Source: Gracilinanus agilis
Taxonomy: Eukaryota
NCBI RefSeq assembly: GCF_016433145.1
Contig: NC_058131.1
Coordinates: 534,065,642-534,129,641 of the forward strand
DNA length: 64,000 nucleotides
Direction: 5' to 3'
Positions 11,461-23,869 of this stretch are shown in pieces. The stretch's first letter is position 1. Each line of letters begins with the position of its first letter. The notes beneath the pieces are model-generated. The model saw nothing but the letters and a program-made list of their open reading frames with translations. It was not told where the DNA came from and ran no database searches. The position numbers and the translations under genes were made by a program.

Positions 11461-14213
11461 TTTAGCTAAATAGACATATATGTGTGTATTTATGTATGTG
11501 TGTCTATAATTTATTGACTAACTAAAAGAGAACATATGTCATATACTCAAATAAGTATTATTCACGGTTGAATATAATGAGGACACAGAAGAAATCTGGG
11601 CAAGGTGCTTTAGGAAAATGTGAAGAGGGAGAACTCACTTTCAATTGAGGATTTCAGTAAAAGATTCATGGAGAAGATGATATCTGACCTGGGCCTTAAA
11701 GGACAAATAGGGTTTTTTAACATGAAGGTGATATGGAGGATGGTGTCTCTATGTGCATGCTTATAGGACAATGTAGGACAAGATCAAGAAATGGCTAGTG
11801 ACTGGAGCTTGACACTCATCTGTATCTTTAGATAAACTTCTTAAGCCTTCTGAGTCTCAGTTATCCTACTAAAAAAATAAGGAAGCTGGGTTAGGTGTTT
11901 TCTAAAATTCTATGATTATATACTTAAGAATATAAGGCTAGTCCTTCTCATCATTCCTTAATCTCTATTATTTTTTTTTCTTCTTTCCTTCAATAAGTGT
12001 TTTATTTCTCTTCTTATGGCATTCTTTTATAACTTTCTGGCTTTATTGTCTTCTCCCATTTACTTTCCCATCTTTATTTCTACTCTTCCTTCCCTATGTA
12101 ATTGCCCCATATAGTCCCTACCCTTAACCTCTAAAAGGAAGTCCCTGAAGCTGTGTTTTAGGCATTCCATTCCCTCTTTATCCCCAATTTTACTCCAGCA
12201 ATGCAAAGTTGACTAGCTTTGATGAATGATAATTCTGCTAAACTTTTACCTTTCCATCTTTAATGAGCTTCCACACTCTGAAAGTTTTACTTGTAGCTCT
12301 GGAATAATAAAGCTTTTGAAAATTGAAAATTGAAATGACCCACTATTTTTTCTCCTTTTCACCATTCACTCTTCAGTGTTTCCTTGATCATACAGAGATA
12401 TAACACATTATTGGTTCATCTCTCTAGAAATTACCTATGTATAAATTTATTTCATTTAACTTTGTTAAAGTGACTGTTTCAACCTATATTCCTTCATTAT
12501 TCATCTTCTTAGCATTATTTCAAACTAGTTTATTCCCTTTTTGTGCTATATGACCTTTCTTGTATTACAATAATCCCTGATGTACCCTTTTTTCTTTCTT
12601 TTTTAAAAAAGAAACTAATTGAATTATCTCATTATTTTAATTTGTTAAGCAAATGTATTTTACATCTCAGGATGTGTTCTTAAGAAGGAGACTGCTAAGG
12701 CTTTGCCCCCTGAATGGGCCATTGGCCCATTTTGACATTCATGCATTCATTAACTGGGAGAACATAAAAGAACTCTGGTTGTATTTTTTTTTCCAAACAC
12801 CCAACCAGCATGGAACAACTTTTTCCATAAACCGCAGGGGTCTCTCTACATATGTTCTCAACTGCAGGCCATTGTCACCTATTCTGAATACCTCAAAAGG
12901 CAAAAAGAAAAAAGAAAAAGAAACCCCAAAATCCCACCTCAACAAAGGCCAACTGTAGCAAGTGTTAGGTTTTAGTCTCAATCTGACAAAAATCACTAAC
13001 CTCTGATTTTCCTGGAAGGAGTTCCACTACAACTTAAGCTTTTTAAATAATGAAATTCCTATGTGCTACCAAATTTGGTTGAGAAGATAATACAGTTATT
13101 TGTTCCACTTTATCGTTAAAAAAATCTAATATGAAATAGCTATTTTGAAAAATGATGTCATTATACTTAAGGAATTAGGAATTCCCTCATTTCAAGTTAG
13201 GTTGTTAGAGGATAGCTGCTTGATCTTTGTAAACAATTTTTTTATTCATTCCTATTTCCTACTAACTTCTGTATTTTCACACCTTATTTTGCTAAATGAT
13301 TCATTTTCTAAAATGATCCATTCTTGAATATTTCAGTAACCCGGGGAAAATAAATCAGCTATTTAATCAATAATAATGTTTTGTTTGACTTTTAACCAAT
13401 CAAAAACTATTTTACTGCCACTCTTTGGGGGTAAATAAATCTTCTCACTTTTCAGTCAAAGAAATAATGAATAGTTAAGGAAGAATATGTTGGAAATACA
13501 TTTATTTTTTCCTTTGGAAGTATTCAGTTGTTTGAGAAAGTTACAAAGATCCTAAAAAAAGCATATTCTTCTTCCTAGCATGTAAAGGTTATGATATCAG
13601 AAAGAAAAACTTGCCATTAAGATTGTTTTTATTTTACTTCAAAAAATATTTAAAGAAAAGAAACAGCAAGAAATTGGTACCAAACTGACAATTTATTCAT
13701 AACCCTAGAAAAGTCCTCTATGCCAAGAAACCTTTAATACACTCAATTAGCCTCTCAGACTTCTCCACTTTCTCTCTCAAGTGCTCCCCTATTTGCCCTG
13801 CAAAGAACATATTTGATCATGGAATGAAAACAGGAAGTGCTTAGACACAAAGACACCACTTGCTCACAACAGTTTTCAGCTAAAGGTTTTCTTATTAGTA
13901 ACTCTAGGAAACACACACACAGAGAAATACAGAAGATCTTTAGAGCCATATGCTTGTATAATATATAGGCAAATATACACAGACATATATTCACTTCTGT
14001 GCTTCTGTTATATACATATATACATATACACACACAAAAGTGAATATGTCTACATATCTATAAGTCTATATAGTTAATAGGGTCACAAAGGAAGCAGGCT
14101 CTTTTCTGGTCTCATATGCTTAGTTATTTTGTTCTTTCCATTAGCAAAGTAGCCTGGTTTTGTTCATGTAAAATATTTCATCCCCTCTCTTTCTATCTCT
14201 GATCTATTACCAG

Positions 14214-14215
<2 letters not shown>

Positions 14216-14259
<44 letters not shown>
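14216..14259. repeat. (AC)22 microsatellite
   Basis: Perfect dinucleotide run. Confidence 0.97.
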
Positions 14260-14261
<2 letters not shown>

Positions 14262-17091
14262 CTACCTTCAATTACTTGTGGTAGTAGTTTTCTCTTGTAA
14301 AACTTATCTATAGTTATTTCTTTGTTTGAATTCTTGTCTGCTATGTGTATTCTACCAAGTTTTATACAGATACCTATTTGACATTGGGAATATTTTAAAA
14401 ATATTCTAAAGTGATAATATTTAGGCTATGAGTAAATATACTGCCTGGACAAAATAGGTGACATGTTTCTACAGCATTCACCAAAGCTGCCAACACATTA
14501 TAAAAACAACCAGTCTATTCAATGGAAAGAAATTAGCCTAGTGATGGCAGTTTCTATAAAGAAGAAAAAAAAAGCAATGGAACATGTGGAATTTCCCCCT
14601 TCCCCCTGCCCCCCAAAAGAAACCCAACAACTAAACAATCCTACTTCATTGAGTGTGTGTTCGATGCTTTTCAACTGGATGTGTTGGTATTATGTAGACA
14701 CAGTTTATTTCAGCTTTCTTAAAGGAGGATCATGTGATAGGCTCGAGAGTAAGAGGCTGTAGCGACCAGAAGTGGGACTATGGGAAGCCTCTGGTACTAA
14801 TCATATTGACCCAAGCCACATGAAGGCCCTCAGAAAACGTTGGTTCCATTCTCAAAGTGAAGAAGCCCCCAAAACCTTGTGAAGGTGAAGAATTGATTAT
14901 AGAGCAATTTTGAGTGGTTTTGACTATCGTTTCGTGTGACAAAAAAAGTCATCTCTTACTAGAAAATGTAGCATAAGGGTAGAATATAGGGCTTCTTGGC
15001 ACATCTGTACTTTCAGGCTTTAAAGCTGGGTAAGCAGTCCAGAAGGTACCAAAACTTAGGTCTATGCTTTCATAGTTATCAGCCGTGAACTTTTTGAGAT
15101 GGCTGCTAACATGCACAGACTCTAAGAGATGCATTGGCCACATCCCCTGCCTATCCTCTAATCTCCTCACTTGTACCCTTCCACAAGTGCAGATATTGTG
15201 ATAATTTCCATCATTAGACCTGCTTTTAAAAAGGGCCCTGAATGGTTCATCTAATCAGCATTTCAAGGCATTGGTTGTTACTACTTGGAAATCCATGACT
15301 ATGATTCAGAGATTAATCTACTTAATATCAATAGCTATAGGGAAAATTAGTACTGAATTTAAAACTGTCTTGGAGATATCCTTTCTCATACTCAGAAATG
15401 CAAATGTGTACTGGAAACAAGTGAGGATCAAGAACAGAAAAAAGCATGAGGGAAAATGCATAGACCAAACGCATAGCTGAAGTCTTATGGAAAGAGTATC
15501 AATACAACTAGGCAGCACAGAGCTCCCTTGTCTCTCCTAACTCTCACCCCCACCAAGTATTGCCCTCTGTATTGTTTTCTTAGTTCCTAGGAGAAAACAT
15601 CTGTGAATTATTTAAAATAAACCTTACTGAGAATTGTCTGAAACAGTGTCATCTCTGTTTAATTTCAGGAAATGATGTTACAATGCATTAAATAACAATG
15701 TAGAATGATTTATTTTCTCTTAGACATGCTATCCTAAGCATTCCTTTTCCTTTACAATGTTTCCAATTAACTGTAAGCTTGAATGTTCTTCCTATTACAT
15801 AATGATTTTTGCTTTTTGCATGGGCTGAGTGGGGGGGATGGAGGGACTAGGGTGGGAAGCAGTGGTAATCTCAAGGGTTGCTAAGGTTCAGGACTAAAGG
15901 CTCATCCATCATGTGCTTATTTGTACTGGGGACTGGATGGCAGCACTAACATCACCCATGGCAACCTATAGGACTGCTGGTTGGTTACAAAGCATGTCTG
16001 AGGAAGAAAAACTAAATGTTCTGAACCTATCAGTCAAAAAAACTATTAGATAATTATAGTAGAGACCTGCATACTGTAGCTTCTGCCTTTATCAAAGTTT
16101 CTATGCACCCCCTTCTTCTATAAAGAATAGAGGACATAAGTCAATTCTGTCTACCATCTGTCGTCGTTTTTACTGTTTCTCAAATTAAAGAGACAGGCCA
16201 AAATTTTAATGTTGGGTTGAATCCTGGAAACTCTTATTTAAAAATCAAAATTATGTCTGAATTAACTTTGTGTCTCATAGAGAAATATTATATGTATTGT
16301 GTGTATATGTGTGTACATATATGTGTATATATATGTTCAAATGCCATAGTGTTTGACTGAAGTCACAATTTGGTACTTAAAATAGGATTAGGAGAAGTTC
16401 TGCATGGGAAAGTCAGTCAAACCTGATTCTCTTGTTTGGACATATAGTTCAGAATGTCTGTTAAAGGAGTATAGAACTGGGTCTTCCATGGGGATGATTC
16501 TAAAACAGTGTCTATTTAACATATGATTGATTCAATTCAGGAGAAATCAATGAATGAAAACTCAGCCAAGCATTTTTTTTTTCTGCTGTTTATTTTTTAG
16601 TTACACTGGTTAGATGAATTATTTTCCCCAAACTGGATATTTTGAGATTGCACAGCTATAACTTGATTCTAAATTATGCCACAAGTGATTATCCACTCAC
16701 TGATACATTTTTTAAAAAAATCTTCAGTGCAGTTAAGTTAGGGAATGACATGTTTATTAAATTAACACCTAAAATAGCAACTTAAAAATTAAAATGTAGG
16801 CTATCACTTCTTAAAATACCTTTCTAAAAATAAAAGTTAAAAAATCCTTATGAGGAATCATGGACATGGATTTAAGGACCCGTGTGTTAAAAGAAATAGA
16901 AGTAAGGCATATGCTAATATGAATATCCTGTCTTTTAAAAACACGAAGGTTCGAGTATCATTACATGTTATTTAAGTCTTTGAATATTCATATAGATCTC
17001 AGAACTGAGGTCCAGGTTATAGATTCTTAAGTTATTCTCTTGTATGTAGCAAAAGGGAAAAAAATCAGTTACTTCATTCTTCATCACCACA

Positions 17092-17092
<1 letters not shown>

Positions 17093-17135
<43 letters not shown>
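17093..17135. repeat. (TG)n microsatellite
   Basis: Perfect dinucleotide run. Confidence 0.97.
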
Positions 17136-17136
<1 letters not shown>

Positions 17137-17309
17137 CTGTAGGAAAAATGGTCATACTTTGGTGACAAAGTTAATTGTTTCCTGATAAAACTAACCATTC
17201 TTCAGTTTTGCTTGAGGACAAGACTTTTTTCAAAAACACAGACCCTATCCCAAGTTGGACTTTTAAGGAACTGAAATCCAGAGGATTAAGACGACTCCCT
17301 GAAAATGTC

Positions 17310-17700
17310 CAGATTTCTCAGTGCAGCAGTAGACTGCACTGACAATTTGGAATGGATTGTGAAATTTAACGATATCCACCCCAATTGCCATTGTTAAGAA
17401 ATAGTGATTTGGGAGTAGAAACCATCAACTTTGGTTGAATAGAATTTGCCTTGTTACTTTACAGATTACATACAGATCTAAATTGATTGGCAGCTGTTGT
17501 TTACAGTAACCAAAGTAATCATTGACACCTTTAAGACTGTATTATCCTCTTAAAACATAATAGTAATGCCATTTTCATGCTTTTACATTTGTTATTCTTA
17601 TTTTGAACTGTCAGTCCCAAATCTGCCAGAATTAATTTCAGTTGTTTTATCTAATAGTGTATGATAACTTGTCATGTCAAACTATAATGGCATCTATTTG
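17310..17700. promoter_or_regulatory. Candidate intronic enhancer (PBX-MEIS/PREP decamer, E-box, FOX)
   Basis: TGATTGGCAGCTGTTGTTTAC at 17484-17504 and CTGTCA at 17608. TE-free. Conservation not measured. Confidence 0.4.
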
Positions 17701-18174
17701 TACATATATGGGTGTGTATACTTATATATTATATATAAACAATAACTTGAGAGTCCCTGTAGCATAGTAGCTAGAAGCTCATCTTTAGAGCTGGTGAGAT
17801 TTTACCTTTGACACTTACTGGTTGCATGGCCGTGGACAAGTTACTTAACCTCTGGACTCCTTCCCTCTGCCCTGAAAAGCAAAACAACCATTAACTAGTA
17901 TTTATCACTTAGTTTTAATAAACAAAAAACATTAATTAGACTTGACTAGAGTGAATGTGTTACTAAACAACTAAGCGTATTCTCTTCCATGAAGATCAAT
18001 GCAATTCTAAGTGGAAGATTGGCAGATGAATTTGGGTGATTATGATGATATGGAAAATTGCCACAACTCTTGCTTCAATTCCCATCCTCATTTAAATTAA
18101 ATAAAAGATCACTTCTAAGTCATCAGGATCATTCAGATCAAATAGGCATCTTTGACTGACATACTTGTATCATT

Positions 18175-18446
18175 CAGGGGTGTGCTGGGGCCAGCTTATA
18201 TAGTCCGGAGTGAGCTACTTGTTAAATTTTCAGTATGAGTATTTATTTACACCTCAGAAATCACAAACATGAAAAATTAGGGTTTGATTTAAGCCTTAAG
18301 AATTAAATGTATTAATTAAATTTAATTTAATTTAAGAATTATGAAAGAAATAGAGAAAATGTTAATGGTGCTTATTAAAACTTTAAAGTGTGATGTTCAT
18401 TTCCCCCTAGAAAGCCAACTGTCAAACATTTACCAGCATACCCCTC
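18175..18446. mobile_element. Non-autonomous hAT element (Tip100/Arthur-like), copy 2
   Basis: Terminal inverted repeats CAGGGGTGTGCTGG and CCAGCATACCCCTC. Homologous to 2296-2545. Confidence 0.75.
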
Positions 18447-19819
18447 ACTCATTAGTATAAATCTGACTTTTCTAGATCCAGTGGAATAAATATATACACA
18501 CATATATCTCCAAGTATAATTTAATTGCTATTGGTTATATGTGGGTTTTTTGCTCCACTCTAATGTTACATTATAAAATTAAAACACAAATATCTATATT
18601 CAATTATTTTCTGAGTGAATACATAGAATCATGGCAGGCAGTAAGGCCTTGTAAAAAAAATGGTTGCATCTTATTCTGAGAGCTTAGGTTTGAATCTTGT
18701 CTCTGCCATTTATAATTATAACTCTGAGCCAAGTCCTTTCCCTTCTTTGGGTCTCAACTTCCTAGTCTATAAAATAAAGAGGGACTGAGATTCTATCCAA
18801 TTATAAATCTATGATCTATAGCCTTATGGATGTATCATATTCTTAACTTCTTTTTGAATTAAAATATAATTGTTTTGGTGTTGCTGTTAATTCTGAAGAG
18901 AGACAATCTCTTGGCATCGTGATGCAGTAAGAAAAATGCTTATTTCTTCTCCCAAATTCACATTTTGCAGTAAATAATTATAGTGTACTTGGGGTGGTAT
19001 CATGAAAGTTTTTTAAAAGGAAAAGTTTGATATGTAGAGATAATGAATGTTGGATCATTAGCTCATTTGGTGAAATTGCCACAGATCTTTATAAAAGCAG
19101 CTTTCTTCCTCTCCCCCCACCCCATAGCACAAAGTGATAAGTTTCATTTCAGCATTTAAAATGCTTGCAGATAGTTCACAAGTTACTTATATCTAAAATA
19201 TTCCTTAGAGCTCACTTTATAATAGAGCAGAAGTAAGAGAACTTGAAATACTTGTGATCATTGTGAGTCCACCATGAACCTAGTCTTTCCTTTGCTATTT
19301 GAATCCCAAAATTATGGGGATTTCTCAACATTTGCAATACTACTGGTATGTAAACATCTGGAGTAAGGCTGTGACATTTTCTTATTGTAGGTCTTCTATG
19401 AATGCTGAAAGTTGCTTATGTGATAACTTAGTTATCACACAGAATCATGTGATTTTCATGGAATCAAAGATTTAGAATTGATAGTTACCTTAGAAGTCTT
19501 CTTCTCCAGTGCTAGATGCCCCATGAGGTTAAGTGACTTCCATTAGGTCATACAAATAGTCAGTAGAGGAGGAAGGATTTGAACCCAGGTTATATGACTT
19601 AAGCTTTGGTGCTCTGTTTTAACTGCAAAGTTCTGCATTAGTTCTTATCATGATCCATGTTACCGATGTGCAAATTCTTTATGAATCCTATTTAGAGGCA
19701 AGTAGGAGGAGCTCTAAAATAAGACTAAGCTGTTAAAAATATTTATAGAACAGGTGTGAAAAAAAGTGATTTGCAGAATATTTAGATTTTACTGCTATTA
19801 ATGTCTGCTCTAAATTTCA

Positions 19820-20190
19820 GTAAGCATTTATTAAGCTCTTACCATGTGCAATGTGCTGTTCTAAGCTCTAGAGATAAAATGACAAAAAGGAAGACAATCC
19901 TTGCTCTGAAAGAACTTATATTCTACTGAAAGATTACAACAGAGAGAGGAGAGAGACAGACAGAGACAGACAGAGATAGACAGAGACAGACAGAGACAGA
20001 CAGAGATAGAGAGACAACAAGAGAGAGAGAGAGAGAAACAACCAAAACAATCAGGAAAGGCTTCTTGTAGGAAGTGGCACTTGAACTGAGACTTAAAAGA
20101 AGCTTAGGATTCCAAGAGTTAAAGATACTGAAGGAGTGAATTTTAAGTATGGGAAAACCCCAGTATAAAGGTACAGAGTTAGTACTCATA
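19820..20190 (-). mobile_element. L2 3' fragment containing an AGAC/GA compound microsatellite (about 19940-20035)
   Basis: aagcatttattaagctcttaccatgtgc is the antisense L2 tail, followed by a purine-rich L2 body. Confidence 0.75.
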
Positions 20191-21426
20191 ATTGAATTAA
20201 ATTGATATCTGTACATTTTTAGCAATGCCCAAGGAAGATATAATAATAGAGAAAAAAGATATTCCCCCCATGTTCTTAAATATTTGGATTTTTAATAAAG
20301 CATAGAGAAAAAAGCTGATGTAATCACTTTTTCACAAATCATAAGCAACATCATTCATATGCTGATACTTCAGAACAAAATGATATATGATGTTTTAAAT
20401 ATTTCTCTAAAATTGAGAAAGAATGCACCTCATCAGAATCCTTTTTTTACGTGACAAATATAATCCTAATACCTAAACCATTGGATATACAAAACCCAGA
20501 GAGAAAACTATAGGCTATTATCATTCATAACACAGGCTCAAAAATTTATCCAAGAAATTATTCCTTAAACCAAGTGAGAATTATATCAAGGATGCAAGGA
20601 TTGTTCAATTTAAGAAAACTATAAACATAATTAAAAATGTTAAAAACTAAAACATTTGAAGCCACATGATCATTCCAATAGATATAGAAAAAGCCTTTGA
20701 CAAAGTACAACACTCTTTATGCTAAAAACCCTACAAAATATAGGCACAGGACTTTATTTTAATATCATAAAAATCATCTAAAACCCAAAACAAGCAACAA
20801 ATGCAATGAAGATACTCTAGAAGCTTCTCCATTACTTATGAAAGTGAAGAAAAGATACCCTCTACCTCCTCTATTATTTGATATAATTCTGGAAATGCTA
20901 GCCACAACAAAACAACAAGAAAAATAAGTTAAAGGAATACGGCTAGGTAAGGAGAATATAAGATTATCTCTGATGATATCAGGAAATCAGCAAAGATACT
21001 GAGACAGTGGCTTTAGCAAAGTTTCAAACTACACAATAAATCCTCAAAAGTCAATAGCATATCTATATAATAATAATTACCAAGCCCAAAAAACAATAAT
21101 AGAAAGAGAAATGTTCCAAATAGCATCAAACTGTATAACATATCTGGGGTTTGACCTTACAAAGCACACAAAAACTTGTATAGATTCCATTTTAAAGTAT
21201 TCCATAAAGAAATAAAGAAAACTTAAATATCTGGAGGAATAATCAGTGCTCATGGCTATGCTATGTCAATATAATAAAAATCAAAATACTACCAAAATTA
21301 GTTTATATTTTTCTTGCTATACCAATGAAATTGCTGAGGTACTATTTTATAGAAGATGATAAAATAATAAGAAAATTAATTTAGTAAAAAAATATAGAAT
21401 ATCAAGGAAAATAACTAAAATAAATA

Positions 21427-21610
21427 GGGGCAACACGGTAGCATAGCAGATAGAGCAACAGGCCTGGAGTCAGGAGGACCTGGGTTCAAATGTGATCTCA
21501 GAAACTTCCTATGCTGAGTGAACCTGGGCAGGTCACTTAACTCCATTTGCCTAGCCTTTAGCACTCTTCTGATATTTAGTGTCTATTCCCGGACATAGGG
21601 TAAGTGTTTC
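21427..21610 (+). mobile_element. tRNA-derived marsupial SINE (MAR1/SINE1_Mdo group)
   Basis: Head gggcaac...gatagagc...ggcctggagtcaggaggacctgggttcaaat with a ggtaag-type tail. Confidence 0.85.
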
Positions 21611-21804
21611 TTTTTTTTTTTTTTTTAAACCCTTACCTTCCATATTAGAATCAATACTGTGAATTGGTTCCAAGGGAGAAGAGTGGTAAGGGCTAGGCAG
21701 TGGGGGTTAAGTGCCCAGGGTCACACAGCTAGGAAGTGTCTAAGGCCAGAATTGAAACTTCTCTGGGCCTGGCTCTCTATCCACTGAGCCACCTAGCCAC
21801 CCCC
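21611..21804 (-). mobile_element. SINE1_Mdo-like SINE with poly(A) tail
   Basis: T16 followed by aaacccttaccttccatattagaatcaatactgtg...gagccacctagc, a close match to the opossum SINE1 tail and head. Confidence 0.9.
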
Positions 21805-22429
21805 ATGGTAAGTATTTTGAAAAAGAAAACAAGTAGGGATGAAGGGGGAATATAGCACTTTCATAATTCAATGTTGATATTGGTTTAAAAATAGATAGCT
21901 CAATAGAACAGACTGGAAAAAGTAGAATCAGAAACAATAGAAAAAGGTAATTACAAAAGATAAAATAGATAACTGATTATTCAGAAGTGAAAAGTTTATG
22001 TAGAAACAACATTAAAGCATCTAGAATAAGAAGGGAAGTGGTCAAATAGGAGGGAAAAATGTTTTTATTAAATACCTCTGATAAGGACATATTTAAGATA
22101 TAAAAATTATGTACACTTGTTTGTATATTATATACATCTAGATACATATTTTAACCACAACATGTCTTCAGACTTTTTCAGTGTGTTGATTAATTGTGCT
22201 GATATTTTTTTCCTCTCTAAAATTACTGTTTGTTATGTCAAATGTTCTGGGAGAGAGAAGGGAGAGTATACTTAGGGTAGCTATAATGATGTAAGGAATG
22301 GAAGTTATCAATAAAAATTATTTTTAAAAAAGAACATAAAAAAATAAAGGTACCAAGGCAACAGATGGAATTCTGAGTTCTGGGAAATGCAAGCAAGCCA
22401 ATTTTCATGAAATGTAAAGTCATAAAAGG

Positions 22430-22640
22430 GAACAATATGAAATAAGTCTGGAAACACAGGCCAGAGCCAGATTCTGAAGGGTTTTAAATGTCAGTCCAGG
22501 AACTTTATATTTTTTATCCTAAAGACAAAAGTGAGCCATAGAAAATTGTTGAGCAAGGGAATGCCATGATTAGCAATGTTTTCAAAGATTACTTTGGCAG
22601 CCCTGTGAAAGATGTTTTGGAAAGCAAAACAATAGAATAG
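22430..22640 (-). mobile_element. L2 fragment
   Basis: ggccagattctgaagggttttaaatg...gagccatagaaaattgttgagcaaggga, an antisense L2 motif. Confidence 0.6.
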
Positions 22641-23319
22641 GGGACATCAGTTCTTTCATTTTTTGTCTCTTTTAAATGATATGTAATTATCATATGCGGC
22701 AATTTCTTTCATGTATAGAGAAACATATTTAAAACATCATACATCATTTTTTACCTGAAGGGCTGTCATATGAATGATGTTGTTTTATGATTTGAAAAAA
22801 ATGGTTATACAATATAAGCTTTTTTCTTTTCTGTGCTTTATTAAAATCCAAATATTCAGGAACATGAGGAAGGAAACATCTTCTTTTTCATTATTATTAT
22901 ATCTTTCTTGGGCATTGCTGAAAATTTACAGATGTTATTTCAATTCAATTAAACAAACATTTATTAAAGGCCTATTGGGAAACTACAAAGTATACCCAAG
23001 TAAGTAAATATAAAGTATATAAGATTAGAGAGAAGCAATATGAAACAATGGAGAGAGAGCCATGCTACAGTTATAAGACCTAGATTCTGGTTCTTTTCTG
23101 ACACACACTGGTTCTCTGTCCAAGAGCAAGCCACTGAACCTTCCATTGCCTCGGGCACTAACTATAAATTGCTATTGGAAAGTCTTATCCAAAGTCCTCT
23201 TTACCAATGAAATCACTAGACTGCACCAAAAACAAACCAACACGAATACAAAATAATTTCAAGAGGGAAAGATTACTAATAACTAGAGGAATAAGAAAAA
23301 GTCTTTGTAGAAAGGAAGG

Positions 23320-23790
23320 AAACAAGCATTTATTAAGCACCTACTATGTAGCAGGCACTGTGCTAAGAGCTTTTCAATTTTTCTCTCATTTGATTCTCAT
23401 AACAACCCTGGGAGGTAGGTGCTAGTATTAGCCTCATTTTATAGCTGAGGAAACTGAAGCAGATAGTAACATACCTTGCCCAGAATCACACAACTCCTAA
23501 GTATATGAAGCATTTGAAGGATTTGAAGTTAAATCTTCATTACTCTAGACCAGTGATGGGCAAACTACCACTTATGGGCCAGATGGGGCCTCCTGAAATG
23601 TTCTATCCAGCTGCAGGATATTATTCCTAATCTGACGAATACAATGAGTAGGATACAATACAATGAAACTTCGAAAGAGTTGCCTTAGAAACAGACTGAC
23701 AGATGAGCATTTCCTTTCCTTTGTCCCCCTCTTTAAAAAGTTTGCCCATCACTGCTTTGGACCAGTGTTCTGCCCTCTGTACCAAACAGC
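23320..23790 (-). mobile_element. MIR SINE interrupted by a hAT MITE
   Basis: aagcatttattaagcacctactatg...attttatagctgaggaaactgaagc, resuming after 23762 with cagtgttctgccctctgtacca. Confidence 0.8.
23551..23754. mobile_element. 204-bp hAT (Charlie-type) MITE
   Basis: Perfect 16-bp TIRs CAGTGATGGGCAAACT and AGTTTGCCCATCACTG. 8-bp target-site duplication CTCTAGAC / CTTTGGAC (6 of 8 match). Confidence 0.95.
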
Positions 23791-23869
23791 TATCTTTATA
23801 AAAGGTAGCACCTAAAATATTTATTTTAAGGAATCTAAGGATGCAATTAATGGGAGTGAGGAAGGAGTA

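Larger units (their letters stand above)
20450..22350 (+). mobile_element. Degenerate L1 fragment (ORF2 RT region and 3' end), interrupted by two SINEs
   Basis: cacatgatcattccaatagatatagaaaaagcctttgacaaagtacaacac reads HMIIPIDIEKAFDKVQH, the L1 RT motif. The body is A-rich and resumes after 21805. Confidence 0.85.
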
